64,000 nucleotides of DNA from Camelus dromedarius (taxonomy: Eukaryota), in contig NC_087436.1 in NCBI RefSeq assembly GCF_036321535.1, positions 110,982,001-111,046,000 on the forward strand, read 5' to 3'. Below are positions 13,515-27,279 of the stretch, one piece after another. Each line of letters begins with the position of its first letter. The first letter of the stretch is position 1. The notes below the pieces were generated by a model. It was given only the letters and a program-made list of their open reading frames with translations. It did no database searches and was not told where the DNA came from. Both the position numbers and the translations under genes were made by a program.

Positions 13515-14096
13515 AATATATTAGATTTTTACTGATGCATAACATATCACCACAAACTTAGCAATCCAAAACAACATCCATTATCAGCTCATAGTCCTGT
13601 AGGCTAGAAGTTTAGTCATGATGTGACTGAGTTCTCTGCTCAGGGTCTCACAGAGCTGAAACAAGGCGTTAGCTGAGCTGTCTTTTTTTCTGGAGGTGTG
13701 GGGCAAGAATCTCCTTCCAAGCTCATTCAGATTATTGGCCAAATTGAAGTCCCTGAGGTCCACATTTACTGTCAGCTGGGGGCTATTTTTAGTTCCCAGA
13801 GGCTTCCCACATCTTCGAAGTCAGCAAAGGAGAATTTCCTTCACATGGAATCCCTCTAACATTTTAAATCTCCTTCCAGAAAGAGCTTATCCCTTTTAAG
13901 GACTCATCTGATAAGGTAAGGCCCATCAGGATCATCTTCCTATTTTTAAAGCCAACTGATTTGAGACCTTAATTACATCTACAAAATCCCTTCACAGAAG
14001 TACCTAGATTAGTACTTGATGGAGTAAGTGAGAGAATGTATGTCTAGACCAGAGGCCACAAATCTTGGGGGTCATCTTATAATTCTGCTTACCACT
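13515..14096 (-). mobile_element. MLT1E-like MaLR LTR
   Basis: ccacaaacttagc...ctctgctcagggtctcaca...ttgggggtcatcttataattctgcttaccac. Confidence 0.75.
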
Positions 14097-14659
14097 GTTA
14101 GCTAATTATAAGCTTAATTGATTTAATATTTCCTCCCATTGCTAGTTAAATTTTTATGCCATCTTCATCATAATATATGTTTTTATATACACCAAGATCT
14201 GGTTTCCCAGCTATTTATACTTTAATTTCAATCAACTTCTCTATTCTTACAGCATTTCTCTGCAACAATTTTTAATTATGATACTTATAATGTATTTTAA
14301 TGTTTGACATAGCAAGTTTCCCCCTATTACTTGTTCTTTTTTATATTTTTGGCTGGTTTTATATTTCATGTTATCCCAAAATTTTAAAAACTAAACATAA
14401 AGTGAAATAAATAATTCCTTTGGAATTTTTATTGTAATTATATATTTTACAGATTTTGGAAATTAAGTTTGACAAAACTGGAAATTTGATTGAAACTGAA
14501 TATGAGAGCAATCAACATTTGTATCAATCTGAACTCCTTCTATTGCTGGTGAAAGAAAGCCAGTGCAAACTAACTGTTAATATTTGTAAAATATATTAAA
14601 AAGAATCAAACATAAGGTCAAATTGTCTATTTTACACATAAACTACTATTTTGGCCTCT

Positions 14660-14890
14660 GCTTAAATATTTTCTCATCAGAGAGGCCTTTCCTGACATTC
14701 CACACTAAACTAGTCCTCCCATCACTTTCCATTCCATCATCCCTTTTAATATTCATCATGGCACTTATCTTTACTTAGTGTTTTCTTGCTTAGTTATTTG
14801 TGTAAAGTCTGTTATCGCCTATTAGAATGAATGTAAATTCCATGAGCATAACAAGACTTGTTCTGTATGTGTTAGACATTCCATAAGTGT
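14660..14890 (+). mobile_element. L2 3' fragment
   Basis: tcagagaggcctttcctgac...tagaatgaatgtaaattccatgag. Confidence 0.7.
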
Positions 14891-15879
14891 TGCAAAAAAA
14901 TTTTAAAAGACATGGAGATTTACTGGAATGATTCTGAAGTAGTCACAGATTTAAAAAAATTAAGAAGTAAAGTAGCTGTGGAGAGCTCAGCAGATGGAAT
15001 CAGGGATGGGTACCTCCAAGACATTGCTGACTTTGTCTCATCATTGCTCGTCTCTGTGTACTTTGTTCTCTGCTACCACAGATGGATTTTGCCCAAATAG
15101 AAGGAAACATGGCTGCTAGAAGTCCCAGGTTTACTCTTTCAGCTTCAAGACCTGAAAGCCAGTGGAACAGCTTTCCAAATTTCAATTTTATTAAATCCCA
15201 AGGTTTCTGAATGCCCCAAAGGTTGGTTTGAGCACTGAACTTTTGGGCCAGCTACTCTAGCATGGGAAACAAAGTACTATATTTGGCTGAGGTTTGGTTT
15301 TGCACTCATCTCTTCATGCCTCACAAATTGTATCTACAGCAGCCATCTCATCCATGAACATAGTACATCTCTCTATTTAAGTTTTCTTTTTATTATCTCT
15401 TAACAAAATTTTATAGTTTTCCAGATAGATTTTTACACTCTATTGTCAACATTACTCTTAGGTCTATTTTTACTGCTATTGTGAATTGCATTTTTCTTTT
15501 TCCTTCTCTTGGTAATTATTATTGGTGATATGGAAATTATATTAATTATTTTGGAGCTTTTTTATTTTTTACTTTCTGAACTCTCTTACTTGGAATGCCT
15601 TAATAAAAATTATCCTATTTTTAATATTACAGAATAATTAATCTGCATCTATTGCTATGACTTTGTAAGACTTTAACCTAGTATAGTTAATTTAGCCTAT
15701 CCTCTCATAGTTATCTATGCATTGTTTATGAATTAAATTTCAGTCAAAATTCTGTTAATTGTAAAGGTCAGGTTACTATAAAGAAATTAAACTGACTTTC
15801 TAAAGCAAACACTCAAAAACTTATACTCTTAAATGAGTGACCTTCTCTTCCAAGGTTGTCATCTTGAAAGTTATAGAAA

Positions 15880-16455
15880 ACACTCTGGGATGTATTCTTA
15901 GTTCTTTCTCACCTTATCTGAGGATTTCTCCCAAATCCATACCTTTTTAACCCAAGGTATCGAGCCTTTGTACTGGGTCAACTCTGTTATCCAACCACAG
16001 TCAATTAGACACTGAGACAAGTTGAAGACTACTGAGCTCTCTCTAGCGAGAATTTGTAATTGAGAGCCTGAGGTAAGGAACACATCAGTTATCTGCAGGC
16101 ACTTAGCTTGTATACGGAGAGGGCTGGGACTCCATTTTTTGATCAGCCATCTTCTCCCCTACTCCCCATCACCATGTGCACAGAAAAGCAGAAAAACTAA
16201 AGAAGGAGGGGGAATGATAATTAATGGTGTAGATATGCAAATTAATGGACTTTGTGGCTCCAGAAGGAAAAAAGAGAGAGAGAAAAAAGAGATTTTGATC
16301 ACTTGCCAAATTCTACTTCTAGATTTGCAAAGCAAAAATACTTCTTGTATTTGGATTTCTTCAGGATATCTCTGTTTACTTCAAAGAAATTGTCCCTTAT
16401 GTTAAGCTATTTTGTGTGGGTTTCTGCTACTTGTAAATAAAGTCTGACTAAGAAA
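15880..16455 (+). mobile_element. Ancient ERVL LTR (LTR16/LTR33-like)
   Basis: 3' end ttaagctattttgtgtgggtttctgctacttgtaaataaagtctgactaa resembles LTR16/33 termini. Confidence 0.45.
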
Positions 16456-16729
16456 AGAAACTGTATCCCACTGTAATCACTCTTTGATTGTGTAAGACAT
16501 TTTTGAGACTATTATTCTAGAATTATCTTCTGAGATTTGATCATGATCTTTTATTTGATGATATATCTTGATCCTTTAAGAAAATTTTAACAACAAAAAC
16601 TCTTTCAAAGATGCATAAATTTCAAAAGTGAGGATTTGAAGTACACTCACTGAATACTCATTGTATGTTAAATAATTGGCCTAATTGTTTTATAGTAGCA
16701 ATTTGTTTCATAAGCATATATTCCTGGAG

Positions 16730-16930
16730 TTAGTATATGACTGAGGTTAAGAAGTTAGGTTCAGGGATTAGATATCCTTGGTTCAAATTCTGGCTCTGAC
16801 ACTTACTAACTGTGTCACTATGGAAAGTTATAGGGTTATTACGAGATATACATAAGATAATCTATAAAGACATTTAAAACAGTGTCATGCAGTAAGTGCA
16901 CAATAAATATTAGTTGTTATTATTACTATT
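16730..16930 (+). mobile_element. MIR SINE
   Basis: ggttcaaattctggctctgacacttactaactgtgtcac...agtaagtgcacaataaatattag. Confidence 0.75.
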
Positions 16931-17267
16931 ACTACTAAGAACACTATTACTATTCCTACTATGTGCAATGTGCAGAGCAATGTGATACATACTACAAAGG
17001 AATGCCAACTGAATGTTAGAAGGAATTTCTACCTTCATGAATAAACAATCTGTAAGTAATAATTTGAACTCAAGAGAAAAAGAGTCATGTTCTCCTCAAT
17101 GGTTTAGATGTGTGAATTTGTACACAACAATAGTTTAAGTGAATTAGTTAAAGTGACTTACATAATACAATAGTTTTTGTAGAATTAATGTTGAAAGTAT
17201 TTTACCACTTTTGAGTAAATAAATTTTTGGCGCTCCTGTCAGTAAGAATGTTTCTCTATTCCTGAAT

Positions 17268-17560
17268 TTCATTCATTCTTACATTCATTCTCAAATATTT
17301 ATTGAACATTTACTGTGTGCTATGTTCTAGGTTCTACGGATGCAACTATGAAGAAGACAAATAAGGCCTAACTCAAGTGTATGAAATCAGGCAATAGGCA
17401 AATAAATAATGTAATAACTTTAGATGTTGATAAGTGCTATGAAGAAAAGAAAGCAGGAAAGTGATTGGGATGACAGAACACTCAGCAAGTCCCAGTTCCC
17501 TGGGAAGTGACACTAAGTGAAGTCTACATAGTGGAAAGGACCTTTGTAGAGAACTGTCTG
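17268..17560 (-). mobile_element. L2 3' fragment
   Basis: ttcattcattc...aaatatttattgaacatttactgtgtgc...gataagtgctatgaagaaaa. Confidence 0.75.
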
Positions 17561-18309
17561 CATTTCTCAGCCATGAAATTCCCTTTGGCCACAAATTTGA
17601 CCAGAGTTTATGTTTAATTCCTTATTTTTGTATTGCTGATACTTTAAATCCAATTTTTTTGCAAGTAGTATTCGAGCACAGACAATGACATCTGAATATG
17701 TGAAACTTCTAGGTAGTTTATACCAACTATTTTAAAAGAAGTCCATTTTCCTTGCTGCATCTTGAACCTCAAATGTAATGATACAGAACTGGGAGGTGGT
17801 AGGGATCAGAAAATGCAAATTTCATTTTAGCTCTTTTGATACTATTTGATAAAATAGTTAAATAGTCTGGATGCCCAAGATGTGGGGACTTCGTGTGAAC
17901 ATTTTCAAGCACAAATCCATCCTCAGTTTTGCTTCCAGGGATTTTGGCAACTGATTCCAGTTCTGGGAGAATCATTGGGCCTCATAGGACACCTGGATGG
18001 CCCGCATTCTCTGAGGAAATATAATTCTTGGATAATAACATGTCCATTTCACAACTGCTGCAAATTTTGAACAATTGATTAAACTAAATTGAGTTGTATT
18101 TATGAGATTGTTTCCAATGGGAGAGTACTAAAAACTCTCAACAAAATAATGAATCCTATTAATTCTAGGAAAGAGAAGTAATATAAAAAGTCTACACTGA
18201 TAAACAAGGAAATCTAAAATAAATGAGTTCAAGAATTTTTAGTTTAGGTATCTTTTATATCCCACCCCACTAGATCCAGTTTTAGCCAATGCCACCCTAA
18301 AGTCTTATC

Positions 18310-18620
18310 CTTTAAGACTACATTTAAATGTCACTTTAAGGTGTTATTTCTTGATCACTCTATCCAAAAAAGTTCATCTACTCGATTCCCCTATTTTCTT
18401 CTCTCATTCTACCCTCTTTATTTCTTTCAGAACACTTCCCACGATTTACAATCATGTACTTGCTGTCTGCTTATTCAACATCTGTCTACCCTAGACTGTA
18501 AGTTCTTAAGGGCAGAGAAGATGACTGCTCCACCCTGTTCTGTGCTGTGTATCAGGCACCATCAGAGCACCTAGTCTGTTGTAGGCACTCAGTAAATACT
18601 GCTGGAATGAGTCAGTGAAT
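18310..18620 (+). mobile_element. L2 3' fragment
   Basis: ctagactgtaagttcttaagggcag...gtaggcactcagtaaatactgctggaatgag. Confidence 0.75.
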
Positions 18621-18728
18621 GCCATTTGCCCTCCCTACTTCTGTCTCCATCAAAATATTCCATTTTCATCAATTTTCCCTTGCCAGCACTCTCACTGCCC
18701 ATACCTTATCACCACCTAACCCCAGTCT

Positions 18729-18912
18729 CAGGACCACTGCTAGTTTGGTCTGTTTGTGCACTGCATAAAGACACTGTGCTGAGGGGATAAGAGGGGCTGA
18801 AATCCAGCTTGTGCTCTCTCTCCAGCTGTGAGCCCTGGCAAGGTGACTGCGTTCCTCCAGAGGGACATCTGTCCTAATTCACACAGTCTCCATACAGGCT
18901 ATCAGAGGCCCT
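18729..18912 (+). mobile_element. MER91A-like hAT-Tip100 DNA transposon
   Basis: ttgtgcactgca...ggggctgaaatccagc...ctaattcacaca...ggccct matches the recalled MER91A. Confidence 0.7.
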
Positions 18913-18963
18913 TTCCTGACCAGATACATTTCTGCACTTGAGTTCTCTCTCTGCTTTATAATC

Positions 18964-19463
18964 TGTGATGGATTGATTTGTGACCCCCACTATATATATA
19001 TATACACACACAAACACACATATATACATATATATATAGTCTTAACCCCCAGCACTTCAAAATGTGACCTTATTTGGAACTAGGGTTATTGCAGATGTAA
19101 ATAGTTAAGTTAAAATGAAGTCATACTGCAGCAGGGTGGGCCCGTAATCCAAAACGACCGGTGTCCTTATAAGGCAGCCACGTGGAGACAGAGACACCCA
19201 GGGAGAACACTGTGACAATAAAGGCAGAAACTGGAGTGATGCAACTCAGGCAAGAATCTCCAAAAGATTTATTTCCAACAAACCACCAGAAGCTAGGGAG
19301 AGGCAAGGGAAAATTCTCTTGCAGGTTTCAGAGAAAGAATGGCCTTGCCAACACCTTGATTTCTGACCTCTGGCCTCCAGAACCATGGGGTAATACATTT
19401 GGGTTGTTTGAAGCCACTCAGTTTGTGGTACTTTGTTACAACAGCCCTAGGAAACTAAAACAC
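18964..19463 (+). mobile_element. MLT1C-like MaLR solo LTR with internal (TA)/(CA) microsatellite (about 18991-19038)
   Basis: tgtgatggattgatttgtgacccc...aatgtgaccttatttgga...ccaccagaagctaggg...acagccctaggaaactaaaaca. Confidence 0.85.
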
Positions 19464-20625
19464 ATCCCTAGTATCTTCACTTTGTCAGATGAGGCTGATT
19501 AAAAACAGACCTCCCCTCTCCTTCCCCTGTCACACACAAAAAATAGAGTACTTTCCCCCGTTTAGTCCTTTTTAATCCCTAGTTGGGTAGAAGTCTGTTA
19601 CTCCAAGGTAGAAGCAGTAGTGAATTTAAAGAGGTCCTCTTTATACAACCAGTGATAGCTGATTTGGCACCTGAGCTTGCACACACACACACACTCTCTC
19701 TCTCTCTCTCTCTCACAAAATCATATATTGTGGAATCATTTTTTCAAGCTTAGAGACATTTGACTTCATGCAAATCTCCTTTGCTGCCTACTCAGTGGAA
19801 CTACTCTTTCAAAATAAATCCAGTGATTAGATACTAATAGCTGTCACAAACATGCATTGGCAAGCTATGAATAGCAAGCTTAATCATGAGATCTAAACTC
19901 TCAAGAATAGAAGCTTCCTAAACCTGAAACATTCCATGACAACAAAAACTTTCTTCATCCATCTGTATGATATTTCCACATCTCTATCATAGGCGCTCCA
20001 GGAAGAAAAATAACTGGTTGAAATACCAAGATATTAATTGGCCAAAGGAACAATGAGACCTATTCAGACCAAGATGTGAGTATGGATCTCATTAACAGTC
20101 CCCAGTAATAGCCTCCAATTGGTAGACAGAGCAAAATATTTAAATAAATAAACAAGATGGTAAAGCCAAACCATGCACTTTAGAATATATATGTTACCAC
20201 TGGTATGAACTTGCATTCCATTAACATTACAGAGATTACTAAATTACCAAATTCACCATTTTAGTAATAAAGTTTTCAGAGAGAAATCAAAACAAGATTA
20301 CCAAAGCCACCATTCAGCTTGCCTCATTTCATGAATGGAATCCATGGTGTTGGCCCAAATGGCTTTTTACTTCTTGTTTTGCCAAAGAGCTTAATCAAAT
20401 AAGTTATTTTAAACAAAATTTACTAGACAATAATGATTTTTAAACTTTCTAGAAAAGAAAATCATTGTGAAAATACTTCGTAATTTAGGAGTGTTTACAA
20501 TTCCAGGCTCAAATGGAATCTTGTAGATGCAGTCCCACAAAGCCTGGAAAAAGTCATCTCTGTGGCTGAACTTTTTCATGTATTTTATGCCAGTTATTTT
20601 TCTTTTAAAGTGAGATAGTTGAAGT

Positions 20626-20771
20626 GGGGAGGGTATAGGTCAGTGGTAGAGTGTGTACTTAGCATGCCTGAGGCCTGGGTTCAATCCCCAGTACCTCTGT
20701 TAGAAAAAAGAAACCTAATTGCCTCCCCCCAAATTAAAAAAAAGTTTAATTAAAAAAATAATAAAATAAAT
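20626..20771 (+). mobile_element. tRNA-derived camelid SINE (Vic-1-like)
   Basis: Pol III A box (tcagtggtag) and B box (ggttcaatcc), A-rich tail. 16-bp TSD AAAGTGAG(A/C)TAGTTGA at 20607-20622 and 20772-20787, after TTTT/AAAG. Confidence 0.88.
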
Positions 20772-21416
20772 AAAGTGAGCTAGTTGACTGAAAAGACTTT
20801 TAGAACCTTACCAATATGAAATATTTTCCATTTAAATTCTAAAGCAGCTATCCTATGAAATTCTAAAATTTTCAAGCAAATTTTTCTGCACGGTAGACAT
20901 GTTTTAATGCAGCAAACAATTTAAAATTAGTCTTGAATGTATTTTAAAGATAAAAATTAAACGTATTCACCAAAGAACTTCAGTTAGTAGGAGAATGAAC
21001 ACAGGACAGGTAAGATACATTTTCATATATAACTCTGAAACCGTCTCAATTATCTGGGAGAAAAAAATATATACATATTTTTTAAATTTTCTGATCTGAG
21101 TGCTCCCTTCTAAGAAACTAGTTTCTTTTTATTCATGCATTCATTTACTTATTCATTCAGATATTTATTGAGTGCTTGTTTTATATAGGGCCCCAGCGCT
21201 GGATACTAGACAGCATACTGGATACAATAGTGCTAGATACCACTGCTTTATTATTCCATGTATGTGAGCCTTTTTTCTTAAATATGTGTGAACTTTAACA
21301 AAAGTCAAATATATGCCTGAAAAAAAAAAACAAAAAAAAAGGTAGCATTCTTCTCTAAAGGGATTAAGCAAATAATTTAGGGAAAAGTATGGTGGTTTTC
21401 CATAGCCTTTGGTACC

Positions 21417-21830
21417 TGTGGTAGGTTGTCTGATTGGCTCACAATTCTTCCTTCCCTTCCCCACAATCTTGCCAAGGTTCACGTTGGGCAGAATATACAT
21501 CCCATTGACTTTGGACTTGACTGTGTGACTTGATTTGACCAGTGGAATGTTAGCCAATGTGATATAAGGAGATCATGGAGTCTTGCTTGCCCTTGTGCAC
21601 ATCTGTCATCCTCATGAGAAGAGCATGCCCCAAGTAGCCATGGATCCCAGAATGAAGCACATGGAGTGCATATGAACCCAAACTGCAACCGGGAGCTGAG
21701 CCTACCCAAACTCAGAAAACCTACAGGTCTGTCAAGTTGATAGTAGGGGAGAAAGGGAGAGAGAGAGAACAAAAACCTTTGGAAAATAAAAATTAAACTG
21801 CTTGGCTATTCAGTGAACACAGTCATAACA
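21417..21830 (+). mobile_element. MLT1H/J-like MaLR LTR
   Basis: tgtggtaggttg...gactttggacttgactgtgtgacttg...catgagaagagcatgcccc. Confidence 0.7.
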
Positions 21831-22108
21831 TGCAGACCACTTTTATAGATGACCAGTTTTTAGAATCAACCCATAGATAAAGCATAGAACATTTAAGTAT
21901 GGTTCCAGGATAGACTGTAAATGTTATCAAAAACTTGAGGCAAAAATGCAGATGATGAAAAGTGGAAGCTAAAAGAGAAAGAAAGAGCAAATGGAAAGGT
22001 AAGGGTGCTAAAAACCTTCATTTTGAGAAATGGAGAATCAAATACATTGTCTCTGGTTGATGAAACATGGAATAAAAGTGTGTTAGATATTTTCAAATTT
22101 TAAATCAC

Positions 22109-22503
22109 TGCATTAGTTTGCTAGGGCTGCCCTAGCAAAACGCCACAGACCTGGTGGCTTAAACAACAGATATTTATTTTCTTATAATTGTGGAGGCTGG
22201 AAGTCTGAGATCAAGGTGTCAGATTTTGTTCTGAGCCCTCTCGCCTTGGCTTGTAGATGGCTACCCTCTCACTGTGTCCTCACGTGGTCTTTTTTCTCTG
22301 CACGCATTTCTATTGTCTCTTTGTGTCCAAATTTCCTCTTATAAGTGCACCAGGCAGACTGATTTAGAGTCTGACCTCAAGGGCTCATTTTAACTTAATC
22401 ATCTCTTTCAGGACCCTGTCTCCAAATGCTGTCACAGTCTGAGGTAGTATGGGTAGGGCTTCAACGTATGAGTTTTCGCAGGACATATTGCAGCCTATAA
22501 CAA
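22109..22503 (-). mobile_element. MLT1A/B-like MaLR solo LTR
   Basis: ttagtttgctagggctgcc...ggaggctggaagtctgagatcaaggtg...gggcttcaacgtatgag...cagcctataaca. Confidence 0.85.
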
Positions 22504-23670
22504 GCACACGTGTTTAAAAGCACGTATTCAAATAGTGATATAACTATATTGAAAGGTAGGAAAAAAGGGAAAATAGATGATAGTTTGACAGTATCAAAAA
22601 CTGAAGTCAGGAACCAGTAGTAAACACGTATTATTTAGAGATAGGGAGCTAATCCAGGGTTGCCACATACAGTTGCCACATACAAGTGGTACAGAGTACA
22701 ATGGAGTATGAAGGTCCTGGCTGACCACAAGAATAACTATTAACATAAATGGTTAAAAAATTGAAAGTAGTTGGCTGTGGAGAACAGGACTGGGATTAAG
22801 GAAGTGCAAGGCAGACTTATTTTTTCATTAAAAACCATTCAGTACTAGTTTATTCTTAAATCATGTGTACACATTAGTTTGATTCAAAAAACATAACTCC
22901 AATACATAAATAAATGTTTCATTTCTTCTTTGTCTTCTCCCCACTGCTGCCCTATTTGCAAACTTTATTAACTCTTGAATGGACTATGATAAAGTCTTCT
23001 AAATTCTTTCCTTTCCTCTAGTACCCTTCAACCTATCCTGCAATGTCCCAGAGGGTTCTGTCTCCAATAAAAATATGTCCATGTCTCCTAAGGAAAAAAA
23101 CCCTGATTCTAAATCAAAGAAACTACACAGGAAAAAAATCAAGAAATGCTCTTTTCTGGCCATTATCCTATAAGAATATAACATCCTTCTATTTGATTAA
23201 ACATATGTGATTGCTTTTTTAAAATAGGTCAGACACACTCAAATATCACCAGTTTTGTATGGTTTAGTACGATAGATCAGAGGTTGAACTTGATATGACG
23301 CAAATTACCTTGTCTTCGATGAGTTCACAATCTAATACTTGTTAAATTGTCCCCACATAATCTACTTCTTCCTGCAGCTTTTCTTCTAATTCATTAACTG
23401 CTTGTTTAAATAAAGCACTTTTTAAATGATTTAAAAACAAATATGACCATGTCATTCTTCTGCTTAAAATATGTCAGTCATCCTGCCATCCTCTGTGTGA
23501 TGTTCCTTACTTAACCTGGAGGATAAGATCTTCCGTGATCTGTCTCTTGCCTCTCTCTCTCAAGTCTCTCCTCTGATCCCTCTATTATTGTCTATAAATT
23601 GTCATTTCATGTCTTCTCAAAACTGTTTGAGGTTTTCCCCATTCATCATACCATAGCTGCCTTTAGTCTT

Positions 23671-23973
23671 TTTTTTTTTTCTTTACTTTTTTTTCTACCA
23701 AAGTATAGTCAGTTTACAATGTTGTATCAATCTCTGGTGTACAGCACAATGCTTCAGCCATACATGAATATACATATATTTGTTTTCACATTCTTTTTCA
23801 CCCTAAGCTACTACAAGATATCGAATATAGTTCCCTATACTATACAGTATAAAATTGTTTATCTATTTTATATATATATATATCAGTCAGTATCTGCAAA
23901 TCTCAAACTCCCAATGTATCCCTTTCCAACACCTTCCCCCCTGGTAACCGTAAGTTTGTTTCCTATGTCTGTA
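23671..23973 (-). mobile_element. Young camelid-type L1 3' end, 5'-truncated
   Basis: Poly-T tail then aagtatagtcagtttacaatgttg...; perfect 14-bp TSD CTGCCTTTAGTCTT at 23657-23670 and 23974-23987. Confidence 0.9.
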
Positions 23974-25609
23974 CTGCCTTTAGTCTTACATCATCCAGTT
24001 GGAATGCTCTTTCTCCTTCTAAAATCTGAACTCTCCCCTCCCCTCCAACTCACTGTCTTCATTGGGCTTATTCTCTTCTTTCCATGTCTGAAGCCAAGGT
24101 GTCTGGCTCTAGACAGCGCTCATTCCCGGACTTGGTTTCCCTCTCTCCTTTTTGAGCTAGCTCTGTTCCTTGGCGGTGGTTTTATTCTCAAGCACCATGT
24201 ACTTAGTTGCAAAACGGTTGTAGCACATTTAGTAGAAAAGAGCAAAGGTCTCTCCCAAATCTCACTGTGTCTCTTTGGCTCAGACAAGGTACTATTTCTG
24301 TCTCTAGAGCCAGTCACGGTCAGGGACTGCAATCTTCTGATTGGCCAATCCTGAGTCACCTGCTCAAGTCTAATGTCAAGAGATGGACTCAATTCCATAG
24401 GAAGCATATAAACTGAGAATAGGAGAGGGAATGGTCTTCAAGAGAAAATTAAGGTCTAATTTCTAAAAGGAAGGCCAACAAATAGTGTGCAACAAGCACT
24501 ATAGACAAATGTCGTGATCACAGAAGCCAATTCTGTGACTTATCCTGGAAACCCAGCACTTAGTGTAACACTTGACAAGCATTAGATGCCGAAAATGTTT
24601 ACTGAGTGTTTATGTGTGGAGTATTGCTTCCTGACTGAAAGATAAACTTTACAATAAGGTATATATCTTAAGTATTGATTTTTAAAATTAAATCACCCAA
24701 TGTATACAAATGCAAGTTGTTTAAGATATTTCTGTGAAAAATGAACAGTGTTTTTATAGCTGTATATAAATTTGCAAAGGAAAATTCTGTCACATTTTTA
24801 TATATACTGCAGTTTTCTTTGAACTGAGAAAATCATGTAAAATCCATCCCAAAGTAGTTGACATTTTAGAAGGCTTTTTATTTTATTTTTTATCTTTCTT
24901 AAAGAGTGCTTGGAAACCAATGCTTTAAAAGAAAATGCTGCTTCGGCAATAAATTTTACATAATCCTCAAGGTGTCAAAATAAACCCCTGGATCAAGGGA
25001 TTCATAATAGAAAAAGAGCCTGCTTTTTAAACATACAAAAAAAAGTACATTTAAAGACTTATCCTCAAAAGTGATTATGTGCAAGTCAGATTTCTTCGAG
25101 GAATAAAGGTGTGCTAACTAGCAGGCATTCTATCTTAGCAACTGAGATTACCCCAACTACATGATGCAACTATTTCATTAGCTGCATGTGAATAACTTGA
25201 TTCTTCTCACTCTTTCTATTCCTTGTAGAACCTATCTGGGCAGCTATTTAATACTACCAGGCCAAATTCCTTCTTCAGTTCTTCCTGCCAAGTAGTACCA
25301 TAATTGTCATCAAGATGTGATCATCTGTTTCATATTGCTTTAATTCATACTAAATAAAAGCACCAGAGTGATTTGCCATTTTATTTCAGCTCTTATTCTT
25401 GAAGAGTAGAAAATACGTGAAGACTTCTTTTTATTCCTGTTTCAAAATCATGACTGTGAATTAATTAACATTATCCTATTTGATGCATTGTATTATTTGA
25501 TTGAAGGAAGAAAGATGACTAGAATGGAAAGAGAAGGTGTTCAAGAGAGAGGAAATTGGTTGGGGGAGGGAAAGACTTTACTTAATAGAATATAAGAGTT
25601 TTCACAGTC

Positions 25610-25917
25610 CAGAAATATTTTGCCCAATATGGTAGCCTCCTTCCACATGTGGTTAATCTTAATTGAAATGTGCCGCAAGTGCAAAACACACATAGAATTT
25701 CAAAGACAGTACAGAGAAAACAATGTAAAATACCTCATTAAAATTTTATATAGATTATGTGTTGAAGTGAAAATGTTTCAGATGTGTTGGATTAAATAAA
25801 ATATATTCTTAAAATTAATGTCAATTTTACTTTTTAAATATGGCTGCTACAAAATTTAAAATTGTACATGTGACTTACATTTGTGTCTCACATCATATTT
25901 CTGTTGAATAGAGCTGA
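25610..25917. mobile_element. MER33-like hAT-Charlie DNA transposon
   Basis: ccaatatggtagcc...cacatgtgg...ttaaataaaatatatt...atatttctgttgaatagagctg. Confidence 0.75.
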
Positions 25918-26089
25918 TCCACAATTTATATGCCAAAAAGTTAGAAAGGTCAGAGGTGAAATATGAGATATAAAGTCAAATTTTACAAGCATTCTCAAAT
26001 AATGTTTTCTGTTTTGACAGGTTAATTCGGAGGACTATTCATCTGTCTCATAGAGGTCAGGGTAAAGTAGGTAAATTTTTTTCAATAAA

Positions 26090-26990
26090 GTAGCTATTTG
26101 GTTTGCCTGTCTGGATATCTAGATTCCCTTTTCCTGCTAATAGTGCCCTCTGTGAAGCCATCTCTGCCTAATTTTGAGGCCATGTTGTTTGGATGAGGCC
26201 GATCTATGTTTCTAGAGTTCTTCATGTGACCCAGGCCTAACCATTCAGAATATTCCATTCCCCTGGCCACGATAATTGGCTCAAGAAATTGATAAAAGTT
26301 GGTCAACTTTGACTAAGCTGTGTATTTCAGAGTAACTAATAAAGAAGTGGTGTTGCTAATCTGGGGGATTAAGTCTGTAATGAGCACATGGGGAGATCTG
26401 ACCTAAGAAGGAAAACAGTAAGCCAGAAAGAGAAAGAAAAATGCCATATAATATCACTTATATGTGGAATCTAAAAAAAAATGACACAAATGAACTTATT
26501 TACAAAACAGAAACAGATTCGCAGACATAGGAAACAGACATGCTTACCAGGGGAAAAGGAGGTGGGGAAGGATAAATTGGTAGTTCAGGATTTGCAGATA
26601 CTAACTATGTACATAAAACAGATAAACAACAATATCCTACTGTATAGCACAGGGAACTATATTTGATATCTTGTAATAACCTATAATGAAACAGAATTGA
26701 AAAGGTATATATGTATAACTGAATCACTATGCTATATACCAGAAAATACCACAAAATTATAAATTGACTATACTTCAATTTAAAAATTTGAAAAAAACAA
26801 AAAGAATGAAAACAACCAAGAGGAAAGCAATGGTAAGAGACAGAAAGAAACAGATTATTTTTGAGTACCTGGATCCATTCTGTGGCTGCAGATATCACCT
26901 GGAATTTTTCAGAGTTTTAACAAATTCCCTACTTTAATTAAACAAATTTAAAGTTCTGTTTTTCAAAACTAAGAAGTCTGACTAATATAA
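26090..26990 (+). mobile_element. Ancient ERVL LTR (LTR16-like) interrupted by an L1
   Basis: catgtgacccaggcctaacc...ccctggccacgataattggctca...; 3' end aagaagtctgactaata. Confidence 0.55.
26418..26801 (+). mobile_element. Camelid/artiodactyl-type L1 3' end nested in the LTR
   Basis: gtaagccagaaagagaaag...atatgtggaatct...gactatacttcaattt + A tail; TSD AAGAA(G/T)GAAAACA at 26405-26417 and 26802-26814. Confidence 0.88.
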
Positions 26991-27279
26991 AGGGATTAAC
27001 AAATGATTAAGTAAACAATATGCATTCACAAAATTCAATAAACATTCCTAGAAGTTTGTCTAAGTTTAAGGAACTATTAGGTGGAGGAAGGCACAAAGTC
27101 ATTATTATTATTATCATTGTCACTATTATTATACTATTTCATTAATTCATCAATTCAACCACCTATCCATCCATCCATCTATCCATACAGTAAGCACTCA
27201 CTGAGATCCTCTTCCATGCCAGGCATTATCATAGACACTGAAAAAGCAAAGATAAAAATTCAAAGTCACAGATATTGGG

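Noticed and set aside
20626..20700. tRNA-like sequence (also 55945-56015, minus strand)
   Set aside because: Has an A-rich tail and TSDs and lacks a proper acceptor stem; it is a SINE head, not a tRNA gene.
23599..24354. 251-aa ORF, the longest in the track
   Set aside because: Starts at TTG, runs through an antisense L1 3' UTR, poly-T and an old LTR; low-complexity hydrophobic translation with no recognisable domain.
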